Shown: in pieces, positions 26,325 to 40,135 of the stretch | Numbering within the stretch: position 1 is the stretch's first letter | Layout: each line of letters begins with the position of its first letter | Assembly: GCF_006345805.1 (NCBI RefSeq) | Contig: NC_043003.1 | Span: forward strand, 112,840,001 to 112,904,000 | From: Octopus sinensis | Lineage: Eukaryota | Reading direction: 5' to 3' | Length of the DNA stretch: 64,000 nucleotides | Notes under the pieces: generated by a model | What the model saw: the letters and a program-made list of their open reading frames with translations, nothing else | Databases searched by the model: none | What the model was told of the DNA's origin: nothing | Position numbers and translations under genes: made by a program

Positions 26325-27150
26325 CTATGGATGCTCTGAAACTGTATGACAAAGATGAGAAACAAGTGAATTCCTTGATGAACACGGTCAACTGTTTTAG
26401 TACTGATATTAGAATTTGGACTCAAGAAGTGCGGAGTAATCTACCTAAAAAGAGGCAAGAGACAGATCCTACCAGGGATAGAAGTACGGGTCACAGACGT
26501 GATTAAACGAATTGAAAGGGAAGGAAATACCTTGGTGTTTTAGAAATTAATGAGATAATGGAAAACGAAATGAAAGAGCAACTGAAGATGGAGTATTTCC
26601 AAAGACCGAGATTGGTGTTGCATTCAAACTCGGCTGAATGGAATGAACTCCAAGCAGTTAATAGGTAGGCAATAGTATCACTTTAGTATGGAGTGGGAAT
26701 AATAAAATGGTAAAAAATAAGAAATGAAGAAAAGGGATGCGAAGACCAGAAAAATGATGACAGTACACGGAGCTTTCCACCCTCAGATTGACACCGATAG
26801 GCTGTACTTGTCCAGAAGAAAGGGTGGCAGAGGTTTGATCAGTTGCCAGGACTGTATCGAAGCAGAGTAAAACAGCCTAGCGTGGTATATAAAAAATGCC
26901 GTGGAGCCACTATTGAAACACACGAGGAAGTCCGGTATCATCAACATAGAAAATTGTGTAACTAGAAAAATTTGAATAAGAAATGAAAAAAAAAGAAAGA
27001 AAAGTAAAAGCATGGAAGGAAAAAAATGTACGGTGAGTTCGCAAGAGATGTGAACACCAAGACAGATTAAGAGAAGCGGTGGCTCTAGATGAGGAAGAGT
27101 GACCTGAAGATAGAGACAGAAGCACTCGTATGCGCAGTAGAAACGAGCGT
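26325..27150 (+). mobile_element. R4/Dong-type non-LTR RT fragment, decayed
   Basis: MDALKLY (YMDD region) and HPQIDTDRLYLSRRKGGRGL motifs. Confidence 0.75.
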
Positions 27151-28093
27151 TAAGGATTTTTGCTGGTCTAGCGTCAATATTTGAATCCGCCTACAACCAT
27201 CAACACCACAACGGCCATCATCATCGTCATCGTTGTCATCATCATCATCATCATCATCATCATCAAGATTAAGCGGGAATAAGTTTTACCTGTCGGTATT
27301 GATACTGACTCTGTTAATATATATGTATGTATATATATATATATATATTTAAAAGCTCACTGGCTAATCGTGACACGAGCGACTGTTCTGGCACTGGTAT
27401 TCTATATTGCTGGCGGAGAGATGAGTCGCTGCTATCTCAAGCTGTCAAGCATCCGTCATTGATGAGATCAAGGAACGTCGAAATTACGTGACCTGGTGGG
27501 CTCGGCGCTGGAGTTTGTGCGGATTTATCTCCCCGTTAGCGATATAAACAATCGAGCTCTTTACATCGAAAAACCTGTGTGAGTCTTTCTCTTGTAGTAT
27601 CAACCGCAGTATAGTTTGTTCTAAAAGAACGTCCATGTTTATGGGGAAAGAAATATCACTTCTCGGTATTAATAATGCCTCCGTCGCTAATATATCATTA
27701 TCATCGTCGTCGTCGTCGTCGCCATCGCTATCATCATCATCATCATCATCATCCATCATCACCATCATAATCATCGGCATCGTCGCCATCATCAATACTG
27801 GTTGTAGATGCTCAATCGGTAGAACTCCGATGAAAATTTGTAACGTTCTTCTTCCTTCGACATTTTTATTTTAAGATTACCGAAATTCCCCAACCTTGTA
27901 TTTCGTAGGATTAAAACTTGGTAAAATAATGTCAGTCACCGTGCACTGAGTTAATTCCATCGATGAAAACCATTTTTATATATTTCAGCTTTCATTTGTT
28001 TTTCTTTATCTTAATTTTTCTTCTTTCTATTTTCTTCTTTGTTCTTTCTTGTACTACTTTTCTTTTTTGCTTAATTTCTTCTTTCTTGTCTTT

Positions 28094-28129
<36 letters not shown>

Positions 28130-28327
28130 TTTTCTTTCTTTCTTTCTTTCTTTCTTTTCTTATTCTTTTCTTTCTTTCTTTCTTTTCTGTTCTTTTCTTA
28201 TCTTTCTTCTTTCTTTCTCTCCAATAAAAAGAGTAATATTTAATTTATGAAATACATTGAAGTAATGGAGTGAAAAATTGCCATAGATACTGATTAGCAA
28301 ATATCACATTAGGGTCACTCTAAAGAA

Positions 28328-28413
<86 letters not shown>

Positions 28414-28599
28414 GGTTTTTGTTTACATCTTTAAGAGATTTCTTTTTGCTCCTTTCTGGCAAATATAACTTTCGGAACATTCGTTTCGCAAAATTATTTT
28501 TAAGAACATTTTACGTGGCAGCAATTTAGCAAGATAATGAGCAAAATAATTGAGAAGGAGAGGATGCTATTTAAAACATCTTCATTGAAAATGGTTAGT

Positions 28600-29960
28600 C
28601 TACGTGTTGATTGAAAAGAAGGAGGACCGCTCTGGATTCCGCTTATGCTGTGCATCCGAGCCATGACGTTCCAATGACCAGCAGTAATCCGCCATCATGC
28701 TGACATTCCATTTACCCAGCTATCGAGGATCCATGGCAGAAATATCTTGATCGAATCGCTCTCCTTGTTCCTCACGGCAGTCCCCATAATTCGTAGCAAA
28801 ATAGTCACGATGTGAGTGCAAAAAGTGCATTTTTGACACTCATTCTAAACCCAACTTGTTGGAACCTTGGAATCGGGTCTGGGGAACGGCTGTTTCCCAA
28901 TAAATTTGAAGAAAAGCCAGGCATTCACCTCGACATCTGCGAATGCTTCCTCAAAATGCTTGACTTCCATCAATTCCCGAATCTGAGGACCAACAAAGAT
29001 TCCTGCCGTTGGCTTACCTTCACTTATACGAAAAAGCCTTGTCTCTAGATACTTGAAGACAGCTCCACTCTTGTTCGGGGTCTTCACAAAAGTTTTCATA
29101 AGCCCCAATTTGATGTGGAATGTTGGCAGCAGAATTCTTTATGGTCAACGCGTGGCACAGCTATCACTTTGTGTATTCCGGGTAAGGAGTTGGTTCTTGG
29201 CGGCCAGTCTTTCTGTTCAAAATGCTGGCTATCTGCTCTACTATCTCAAAGACAAAGGAAAGAGGGATACATGGTGTATCACCCTTGAAGATCTAGTAGG
29301 AGTGCAATTACGTTTAAATCACCACAAGTGAGAAAATTGTGATGATGGTACTTGATAGCAGTTATTAGTGTCTTCATGGTTTCATAAGATTCTGAATTTT
29401 GGACACCATCGCCAATTGGTACAGATGCAGCTGCGTCGACATTGCAGAGAATACCTTTAAACTTCCATTCACAGTTTTGTACGACATCCCCATGTGTTCA
29501 ATAAGGTCAGAAAGTTTTGAACTGGAAACTAAAGAATCCTGTTTCTCAAATACCTGAGTGAATTCCTCTTCACGATGACGATAGCAAGGTAATGTTCCAG
29601 AAGCTAGAAGCCTGTGTTCTTTCAGTCTAGAGTCAAGTAACTGAGCACTTTCTCTTGGAAAGTGAAAGTCCCTCACTGAGTAATTGAGTTCAACTTCGTT
29701 GAAGAGTTTGCGATCGTCATTTGTTGGTGGTTCATAGTCTACTTCTATCGCATTAGTAACACTAGTATCAGACCATGATGGAATTTTCCATGTCTCAGGT
29801 GGCAAAAATATAGGAATATTATCTGAGTGTGAAACAGGCCTTATTGCTGACGGAATATTTGTGTAAATTATGCGATCCGAATTCTTCTTATTGAATCCAG
29901 CCACTATAGTCCTACAGAAATAGCATTCATAAAAATATGTTCAGCAAAATATTTAATAGG
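28600..29960 (-). pseudogene. Chapaev3-like (CMC superfamily) DNA transposase remnant
   Basis: CYFC..GFNKKNSDRIIYTNIPSAIRPVSH; HIKLGLMKTFVK; GIFVGPQIRELM; EEQGERFDQDI..MMADYCWSLER; frameshifts and stops present. Confidence 0.8.
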
Positions 29961-30039
29961 CAGACCCTGAGAGTTTCATTTCGCTGAGCACCCAATGCAA
30001 AAAAGGTTTTTAGTAGGTAGGCTCACACCTGAGACAGAG

Positions 30040-30430
30040 GCAGGAATCTCATCCACCGAACGGCTTCTGTAATACAGAGACCGTCGTATACGAGGCAGAG
30101 GTATCAGCAATAGGCAACCAAACGTGCGAAAGTACGTGGAAGCAACTGAAGGCCCATTCAGAACCCACTATAACAACCACAAGTCCTCCTTCAACACATC
30201 GGGGAGACGTAACATCACAACCCTGGCCAAATACGTATGGACGTTGAAAGAAAGCTTCACAGTGTACAGTAAAAAGTGGAGGAACTTAAACCGTACTTCA
30301 TTAGCAGCATGAAGTGTAGATTATGCCTGGCTGAGAAAAGAGCGATATTAAAGAGCTCCCAGCATCCTTGTTTCAACCTGAACAGCAGAAGTGAAATTTT
30401 TAATCTTTGCCCATATGTAAAGAAATATAT
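30040..30430 (+). mobile_element. Penelope-like element GIY-YIG endonuclease C-terminal fragment
   Basis: VVYEAEV..KYVEATEGPFRTHYNNHKSSF..TTLAKYVWTLK..CRLCLAEK..LNSRSEIF. Confidence 0.75.
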
Positions 30431-31502
30431 CCTATTCCTGCGTGCCCCATTGTGACTACAATCACCAACACCACCAGCTTCGGCCCTCCCTCAACTAATA
30501 CCTGGGAGTCCGCCAAAGCGTTTGGCCAGAACATACACAAGCGCACTCACAAACACACAGGCCCCAGCACAACGAGCGTTCACCCATAGACATTTTTCCA
30601 TCTCCCCATATAATCCTCCACACATATAGTACCTCTATACATACTGTATGCATACATAAATGCCCCAAGAATTTAGCCAAAACATAAAAGAAAGAAAACA
30701 CACTAAAGAAACAGATGTGTGTGCTCCCCATCCCCGCAAAGGCTATACATATAGTACCACTACACACATTTCATTTCTACAAGAATACCAAACTTAAAGA
30801 TACACACATTTTCCATAAACTCTCTTCCAGAAAACTCTTGCCAACTTGAAAAACTCCCAGAGATGGTGTTTTTGGTACCAAAGGATATAACTATTAACTT
30901 AACCCCTGCTCAGTTCGTGTCACCGATTTTTTTCATAGCAGTCACAAAACGGATGTCACTGTTCATCTTGAACAAGAGACAACAATCGCCATATTTCATT
31001 CCATAGCGGCTACTTCTGAAAAGTGCAGGGTTACATATTCGGCCTGTTACCTACTGTTCAATCCCTAGTGCGAAACCGATTTGTAAGATCATCCGTAATG
31101 AATATATAATACTGTACACTGAACTGACAGATATACGAATGTATTTTATCCTGACTTATGGACTTTTAGACGGCTTACACACATACACATACACACACAC
31201 ACACACATAGACACGCGCGCACGCGCACACACACACACACACACGCACACACTCGCAGTCATATATACACCTACAAAAATTTCAATTGATTCAGCGAGAT
31301 GCTATTTAGTACATGTAAATGTAGAGTATTCTTTAATAATTTATACCTGAAAGGCTGAGAATTTCAATATTCTAGCAATGTTTTCTGTTAAATTACTTGT
31401 TGAATTATTGAAATATTATAAATGATTTTAAAATATTATATGTATGAAATATTTCGTGATTGGATTTGGTTTGCAAGATTCTTTATATGAGTTCGTGTGT
31501 TG

Positions 31503-31801
31503 AAACATATACTGTTGTGTCTGGGGAGAGTCATTCTCTTTTAGTGCCTTATTATTTAATACACTCCACTTATTTCTTATTTTTATTTTCTAAAAATTTC
31601 GTTGCGTGTTGCAACCTTTTCAATAATCTTGACTATTGAAAAGGTTGCAAGACTATTGCAAGACTATTGAAAAGGTTGCAACACGCAAGGAAAATTTTAG
31701 AAAATAAAAATAAGAAATAAGTGGAAATTTTATCGGTGTGTGTGTTAAATAATAAAGCACTAAAAGAGAATGACCCTCCCCAGACACAACAGAATATGTT
31801 T
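31503..31801. mobile_element. Foldback (palindromic) MITE-like element with locally duplicated centre
   Basis: aaacatatactgttgtgtctggggagagtcattctcttttagtgc vs gcactaaaagagaatgaccctccccagacacaacagaatatgttt; centre repeats gactattgaaaaggttgcaa. Confidence 0.8.
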
Positions 31802-33130
31802 GAAAGTTATGAGGAAAGGCTTTTCATTGTGTTTCCGAAAAATATCGCGTAAGGGACACGTGCAAAGCAAAAAAAAAACGGCTCACGTTTTTCATTTCCA
31901 TTTCTGTCTCTAGTGTCAGGAACAAGTCTCCTCAACGTCTTAAATCTTATACAAGGCACATGTGTGCGCGCGCGTGTGTGTGTTTTTATAGCAACGTAAG
32001 TAAAATATACTGGACATTCAGAAATTTCATCAGGAGAGTTGCACAAGTGATCGTCGGCCGAATGAACGCATCGAATAAGAAATACCAATTAGCTGTAATC
32101 GGAGATCAACAGTATCGTGAAATTCCCTCTATTCGGTTTCCTGTCCCTCGAAAATGAAATGTATGTATATTTATGTTTACTGTCTAGGTTTGTGAGGTGT
32201 GTGGTTGTGTGTTAGTTCGTACGTATGTATGTTCAAAGAGAGAGATAAAGAGAGAGAGGAGGAGAGATGGATATAAGGGAAAGAGAGAGTGTGTGAGAGA
32301 GAGAAAGAGAGAGTTGTGTGGGAGAGACAGAGGAGAAATAGAGTTGTGTGTAGAGAGGGTGAGAAAAAGAGAGAGAGAGTGAGGGAGCGAGGGAGTGGGA
32401 AAGAAAGAGGGAAGGTGTGAGTCTTACAAAGAGACTCAAAGATATTTCCAAATAAAGAAGAATTAAATGTATTCACAATAACCAACGCTCTGATTGCTAT
32501 CAGTTGGAATATACAAATATGTCAAAGGTGAAATGGAAAGAGAAGCTTTGCTTAAAACAATGTGAAATTCAATAAGCCCACCAACAAAACTAACAACTAT
32601 CAACAATATCAAGGGCCTAACTCTACCCCACCCTTAATCATGTCAACACTAACAACAATAAGAAAACGAATACTGATACGCGTTTTACTGTGGTTTGATG
32701 TTTTAATGGGCGTTTAGGATTTCAGATAACAACTTCTAGAATTCTTGGCTGTTTGAACCATTTCTTAGGAAGAAATCTATAATGGCTGACTTAAGTAGGG
32801 ACTGGTGAGGTGTACATTGCATTCTTGTCTTAACTATTTCTATTTCCCCCAGTAACTTTGAAGCTCTGTCTTTATCTTTGAGATAAATTGACTTATATTT
32901 GGCCTTGATGTGTCTTGATTTATGAGAGTCTGGAGTAAAATGCTTGACAACGAAGATAACTGCAGTTTTCATCACACTTTTGATCTTCTTCCTCAAATTT
33001 CTGCAATGTGAGAATATTTCCCTTTGTAATCCTTGAAACCCGTCAAAGTTAACATATATCGCGCTTTCGGGTCAATCAATACTTACTGAATAAAATTTAG
33101 CAGGGGAAACTATATGGAAACCCAGAATAT

Positions 33131-33164
<34 letters not shown>

Positions 33165-33304
33165 AGTTTTGAATGGTACAATGCACTATAATTCAAATAA
33201 CGGGTATATACCTGTTGTTTGAATTATAGAGCATTGTTGTACCATTCAAAGCTTTTTATTCTTCACAAACAATACACAGTGCTTCAGGCGAACTACAATA
33301 CTCT

Positions 33305-34099
<795 letters not shown>

Positions 34100-34100
<1 letters not shown>

Positions 34101-34430
34101 TCTCCAACGCCGCTGGGAGCGCTACATCATTTGTGTTATGTGGAAAATATTCCATCAATATGAATTCGGCATCAGTTTTAAAATTCATCCATGTCTTGAG
34201 CCCTGTTCTATCCGCCCGCTACAAAAATCGAGCTCGGTATACATAGCAAAATTATGTCACAATTACTTTACCAGCTCTCTTTAATACCTTACCAAATATG
34301 TCAAAACGAAAACGGATCCCATAAAATTCAAATGTTCACTGGACAAATTTCTTCAAAAAATCCCAGACCAATCACCTACACCCGGTTATGTCTCCAACAA
34401 TAATAACTCTTTGCTAGAGTGAGCCATGGT
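34100..34430 (+). mobile_element. CR1/L2-clade LINE 3' end
   Basis: LQRRWERYIICVMWKIF..HNYFTS..KFKCSLDKFL.KIPDQ..PGYVS motifs. Confidence 0.7.
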
Positions 34431-34534
34431 ACCCCATATGTGACTAAAAGACTTCACCAGGTGGTGCTATTAAGTTAGACATGGCCTGGGCCCATACTGG
34501 CAGAAACCTATCAAAGTTATTAGAGTTATCAAAG

Positions 34535-34568
<34 letters not shown>

Positions 34569-35380
34569 GCGAGAAAGAAGCAACAAGAATGGATAGGTTT
34601 TTAGTACGATCGTTTCATACAAGGACAGGTTTTATTAAAAGTTGCAAAGATTACAGCATATAAACGAGTCCCGTACTCATCAGCTAAAATACATGTGAGT
34701 TCTCTAGACATCCTAGTGTTTGAGGCTATACTCATGAAGTAATGTAGATAATTAATTAACATAAACAGATTTCTAAAGTTCATTAAAGTTCTTTAAAGAT
34801 GATGTACAGTCTTATCACAGAATTTTAAAAAGTTTTGATAGCATCACAGAGAAGGTGACCTAATCCATATGAATTTCCATAGATATGATGAGGGATTATA
34901 TACTCACAGAAGACAAATTTATCCATTGTTAATTACAACGAGGTGGGTCTCAATTCCTGCTTATTAGCATTACAGTAATGCTAATAAGCAGGAATTGAGA
35001 CCCACCTCGTTGTAATTAACAATGGATAAATTTGTCTTCTGTGAGTATATAATCCCTCATCATATCTATGGAAATTCATATGGATTAGGTCACCTTCTCT
35101 GTGATGCTATCAAAACTTTTTTAAAATTCTGTGATAAGACTGTACATCATCTTTAAAGAACTTTAATGAACTTTAGAAATCTGTTTATGTTAATTAATTA
35201 TCTACATTACTTCATGAGTATAGCCTCAAACACTAGGATGTCTAGAGAACTCACATGTATTTTAGCTGATGAGTACGGGACTCGTTTATATGCTGTAATC
35301 TTTGCAACTTTTAATAAAACCTGTCCTTGTATGAAACGATCGTACTAAAAACCTATCCATTCTTGTTGCTTCTTTCTCGC
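34569..35380. repeat. Near-perfect 812-bp palindrome (405/406-bp arms, 1-nt spacer at 34974)
   Basis: Centre gcattac-a-gtaatgc; the only difference seen by eye is A5 vs T6; the same 60-aa ORF is reported on both strands. Confidence 0.95.
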
Positions 35381-35872
35381 TTATAATCACCCCACATTAC
35401 TGTATTGTTAAATCAGTATAGTTTTTTTTGGTGCATCTAAGTTAGGTACCATATTCAAGTAAATTCATTTAAATTAACTTGAATCTTTATTGCTCTTTGA
35501 ATGTATATATATATATATATATAATTGCTGTGTGAGTGTATAGTGAACTCAAAAGTTACTCTTTCGAAAACAACTGCTGTTTCAACATGTATACAACAAT
35601 TCTTTAACGAAAACAATAGAACAAGACCTGGAAATGCAATTATAACTTTTACTGAAGGAAGTCAAAGCAATATCAGGTTTTTCAATTAAAACCTTGCTCA
35701 ATTCAAATACAATTTGTTTTTATTCCTCACCTTAAAAGGCCACTAAGTACTAAACAAACAAGTCTATATCACTACTGTCCATATTTGTATATAAAATACA
35801 ACAATTAACCCTCATTTTTGACGGCACAGGGTCAGCTGGTATGTATATAATGCGTATTGAGTAACACACACC

Positions 35873-36280
35873 GGAGCTTTTCGGTTTGAACGGTAGTTTT
35901 TTAAAATAATTCCCACGTAACTAAACACTTTTAAACTTCGTATACTGGTAGAATGTGTTTATAAAACATCTTTTTCTCTTGGTTTTATTGAGAAAATTCT
36001 ATAGATTGTAAGATATTTATTGTTTTTCAATCAGTAACATCTATTGAGTTAAAAAGCATTCTGTGCCGTATGAATATGTCCCTCGTTTAAGAAACAGATT
36101 GGGTTTATTTACATTTGTGAAGAAAAAAAAATACCCTTCCTTCACCCCTAACCCTAATCCTAACTAACCCTAACCCTAAAAGAGATTGAAATGCAATAGA
36201 TCGATTCTAAGGTCATAATTATGGGTGACAATTTCATATGACATCGCTAGAAAAAACTGCCTTTCAAACCGAAAAGATCC
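35873..36280. mobile_element. MITE with about 30-bp TIRs and internal (CCCTAA)-like repeats
   Basis: ggagcttttcggtttgaacggtagtttttt / aaaaaactgcctttcaaaccgaaaagatcc; cccctaaccctaatcctaactaaccctaaccctaa at about 36146-36180. Confidence 0.85.
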
Positions 36281-37429
36281 GAGATATTTTATTAATAGTT
36301 TCTTTAAAAAACATCAGTTAAATTATCCCTTGTCAGCGGGAAAAATTGGTAAAATCACCAACTGGAATTGAACCTCTTGTCTATTATATACCGAACAGCC
36401 AGAATAAACATTCTTCTGATCTGAAATCTTAACTGTGAAGATTATAAGTTTTAGCTGAACAAGTAAGAAAGTAAGCATTATTCAGTTCGTTTGAATCAAT
36501 GGCGATTTCGATAATGAATATTTAAGAAGCAGCTAATATGCAAATTGAGTTATAAATAATTGCTTATGTATTGGCGATGATAATTTCAATGGTCGATGGT
36601 TGTCAGATTAGTTTGGATAATGGCTGTCGCTGTTGTTATTTATAAAGCAGAAATGAGATGCGATATCCGTGGGCAATTTATTCCAACGTAGTCGTCGACA
36701 AGTTGTGTTTTACACAATATATAAAGAACTACTATTTATTGCTTCACTTACTTTGACGTAAATTCTTAAATATCTATTTTCATTTTTTTTATCGATGCTT
36801 TAATCGATCTAAATTTTTTTTTTAAATGGTTGCTTTTCTAGTCAAAATTTCTAATTTTCTTAACCGAGAGTATTAGTTTCATAGCGACATTTAGATGAAA
36901 GAAGATATTTAGAAGACACGTGATTAGTTGAAGGGATGGTAGGAAAAGGATGGAGAAGGGAGGGGAGAGGTGACAGAAATGGGAGGCGAAAAAGGAGGAG
37001 CAACTGGGGGGGGGGGAGAGTGGCAAGGAGAGGAAGAAGTTGTGGTAATCTTTTAAACTAAGTTTTTTTCCGCCGTTACTTAGCCCAACAGTAACGCTTT
37101 CACGTAATTAGCTGAAGGAAAAGAGAAAGGCGAAAGAAAAAGGAGAGTGAAAAGGGAGAGAGAGCAGCAAGATAGAAAGAAGAAGGGTGTTGTGTATTGG
37201 GTCTATAAAATTGTGCATAATGTATATAAAGTGCATTAAGTAATCATCGTAATCCAATTTCATTCACTTCTCAGGGATTAGCAGATGAGCGACTATCTTT
37301 TGATACAGACGCAACACAGGCAACGCTTTCAGGTTTTTTGGATAAAGTTTTCAGAAATAACACAATAAGTTTACCATTAATTCGTTAAATATTGACGGGT
37401 GCCGCTAGTAATGATAATAATGACAATAA

Positions 37430-38630
37430 GGAGGGGACAGCAGACACCAACAATTTAAGTGATTTAAGTGAGGAAGACCAGAAGGTTCTAAATCAGTTGC
37501 AGGAAGTAGTGAGTAAAGAAGTATGAATAAGATTGCCAGCATTAAAAGGTACCAACAGAAGGAAGCTGCTAGTTATGACTAGGAAAGTAGATTCTGTTGT
37601 TAGTAGTATAGATACTAAAAATATAAGTGACACTAACTTATTGATCTATGAAGCGGGGATAGTAGTTATTAGAAGATCAGATATTCCACAAGGAAAGATG
37701 AAAAGAGAGAAAATGGGGAAAAGGAGACCACAAAATGAAATGAAGACTTTAAGACAAGATCTGAGTAGAATAGGAACTTGGAAACACAAGATTCAAATCC
37801 CCTCTTGAGCAAAGATACTTAGTGAAAGAGAAAGGATTTGGAACAGCCTTAGAAGTGTTGAAACAGAATATCATAGCAGTAGCAGGCAAGCTTTCCAGAT
37901 ATCAGAAAAGAATAGATGAGTATCAACAGAATAGATTATTTCAGACAAACCAGAGGAGATTTTATAACCAAATAAGTAGTGGAGAAGAAAGTACTGAAGA
38001 TGAGAAAACTAATGCAGAAGAAGTTAGAAAGTTCTGGAGTAATATTTGGGAAAAGCCAAACAATGGAGATGCTGTATGGTTAAAGAAAGTGAGTGAAGAA
38101 GTAGTGAGTGAGAAGCAGCCAGATAGAAGACTAACTAGTGCATTAATGGGTAAAGTGTTAGGAAAAATGCCGAATTGGAAGGGCCCAGTACCATACTTAG
38201 TTCAAGGGTACTGGTTAAAGATGTTTAGTAGCTTACGTGGAAGGCTAAGGGAAGAAATTTAGGATTGCCTCAATATGGGAATAATAACTGAGTGGATGAC
38301 TAGAGGTAGACCAACACTCCCTATGAAGCACAAAAGCAAGGGTCATACAGCTAGCGACTATAGACCAATCACTTGCTTACCATTAGTGTGGAAGCTCTTA
38401 ACAGGAACCCTTTCAGAAAGCATTTACGAGCGCCTTGACAACCAGGATTTACTGCCAAAAGAACAGAATGGTTTCAGGAATAAGCCTAGCAGAATGCATG
38501 ATCTATTATACATAGACAAAACAGTGCTACATGAAGTAAAAGCTAAAGAGAAAATCTAACAAAATCATGGATAAATTATAAGAAAGCCTATGACATGATC
38601 TCACTCAGGGATAAGTGAATGAGTATATTT
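37430..38630 (+). mobile_element. R4/Dong-type fragment (pre-RT region and RT N-terminus)
   Basis: QQNRLFQTNQRRFY, NWKGPVPYLVQGYWLK, DYRPITCLPLVWKLLTG, LPKEQNGFR; begins just after an aat-rich stretch. Confidence 0.8.
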
Positions 38631-39751
38631 AGTCAATGCACCACAATTGGAGACGAATTTTCTGGTCATGATTGCCCAGATCTCAGCTGGAAAGACAACT
38701 TCTGCTTTCCTATTTAATTTCAAAAGTTGTTTAACCTCTGACAGAATTGTCTTCTTATCGCTTAATGGGACGTTAAAGAACTACATTGATTTTGTCGCAA
38801 TCTCAGCAAAAAAATTGTTTGTCCGTGGGGTCACTCCCACAACCTTCTCTGTATTCTTCATAATTCATGTTCTTACTCCTATTATTGTTTTTGTTGTTGT
38901 TGTTGTTGTTAATTCTCCTCACTGCTGCTGCTGCTGTCGCTGCTCCTGATGTCTTTGTGTTTATTTGCGTTAAGACTATGAAATATAATCCTTTTCTTCC
39001 TTCACGTGCTGTGGAACTTGTTGCTTCTTTGTTGTTGCAGTTCTTGTTGTTGGTGGTGGTGTAGGTCGTACATGCATCGCTTTCATTTTTGTCCTGCTTG
39101 TCTTTGTCGATGTTACTTCTTGCGAAACTCCATCATTTTACCTGGAGATTCCTTTATAAAGAGTTCAGCCTTAGCATGATCATAAACATGACATCGTATT
39201 AGTCGTAGAAATAAATAGTTATAATGTAGACAATCCAAGCAAAATGTTACCTAACTTAAAGCCATATTTGTGGTAGATATTTCTTTCTTCTTGAGACTGA
39301 ATTCGTAAAATGCTTTTATGGACATCTTACGGTTTCCTTTAGTTTAACATCATAGCAATCTTGGGTCTAAAAAGGATTCTTGGGGAAAATGCATTTGAGG
39401 TCATACTCTTCTAATTTTAAATAGATTCGCTTGGCAGTAGATAGCATGCTAATAGAGCACAGGTTGGGCAATACTCGGTTAAAACTCTATTCATACATAT
39501 AAATATGCTTTCTAGGTCATTAACTGTCACATATTTCTGCCATTCATTTAATCATTTCTCTCACGGGATGATAAATACTCTCAACCGGCAGAATTTGCGG
39601 CGTTGTCAATTTGTAGATCCCGAAAGCTTGTAATTGCGACTTTTCAAAACATTTGTCATGTCATTTTTCTAGAAAAAATAATTATTTTTCGGAAACAAAA
39701 AAACATAGAAATAGTGGAAAACTAAAGGAATAATATAACTCGGATCCATAA

Positions 39752-40135
39752 GGCGGTGAGCTGGCAGAAACGTTAGCACGCCGGACGAAATGCCTAGCGG
39801 TATTTCGTCTGAGTTCAAATTCTGCCGAGGTCGACCTTGCTTTTCATCCTTTCGGGGTCGATTAAATAAGTACCAGTTACCCACTGGGGTCGATATAATC
39901 GACTTAATCCGTTTGTCTGTCCTTGTTTGTCCTCTCTCTGTTTAGCCCCTTGTGGGTAGTACAGAAATAGGTATTTCGTCTGTCTTTACGTTCTGAGTTC
40001 AAATTCCGCCGAGGTCGACTTTCCCTTTCATCCTTTCGGGATCGATAAATCAAATACCAGTTACGCACCGAGGTCGATGCAATCGACTAGCCTTCTCTCC
40101 CCAAATTTCGGGCCTTGTGCCTAGAGTAGAAAATA
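39752..40135 (+). mobile_element. Family B SINE dimer (tail A unit + headless tail B unit)
   Basis: Junction cagaaatagg|tatttcgtc at about 39970. Confidence 0.88.

Noticed and set aside
30850-30900. Degenerate hammerhead downstream of the PLE fragment (cccagagatggt..accaaagg)
   Set aside because: The core is too altered (no CUGANGA, no GAAA) to support a call.
35260-35300. Hammerhead in the palindrome arm (ctgatgagtacgggactcg)
   Set aside because: CUGAUGA is present but no GAAA or stem III follows.
36146-36180. True telomere or chromosome-fusion scar
   Set aside because: Only about five degenerate units, lying inside a TIR element that has a second copy in the window.
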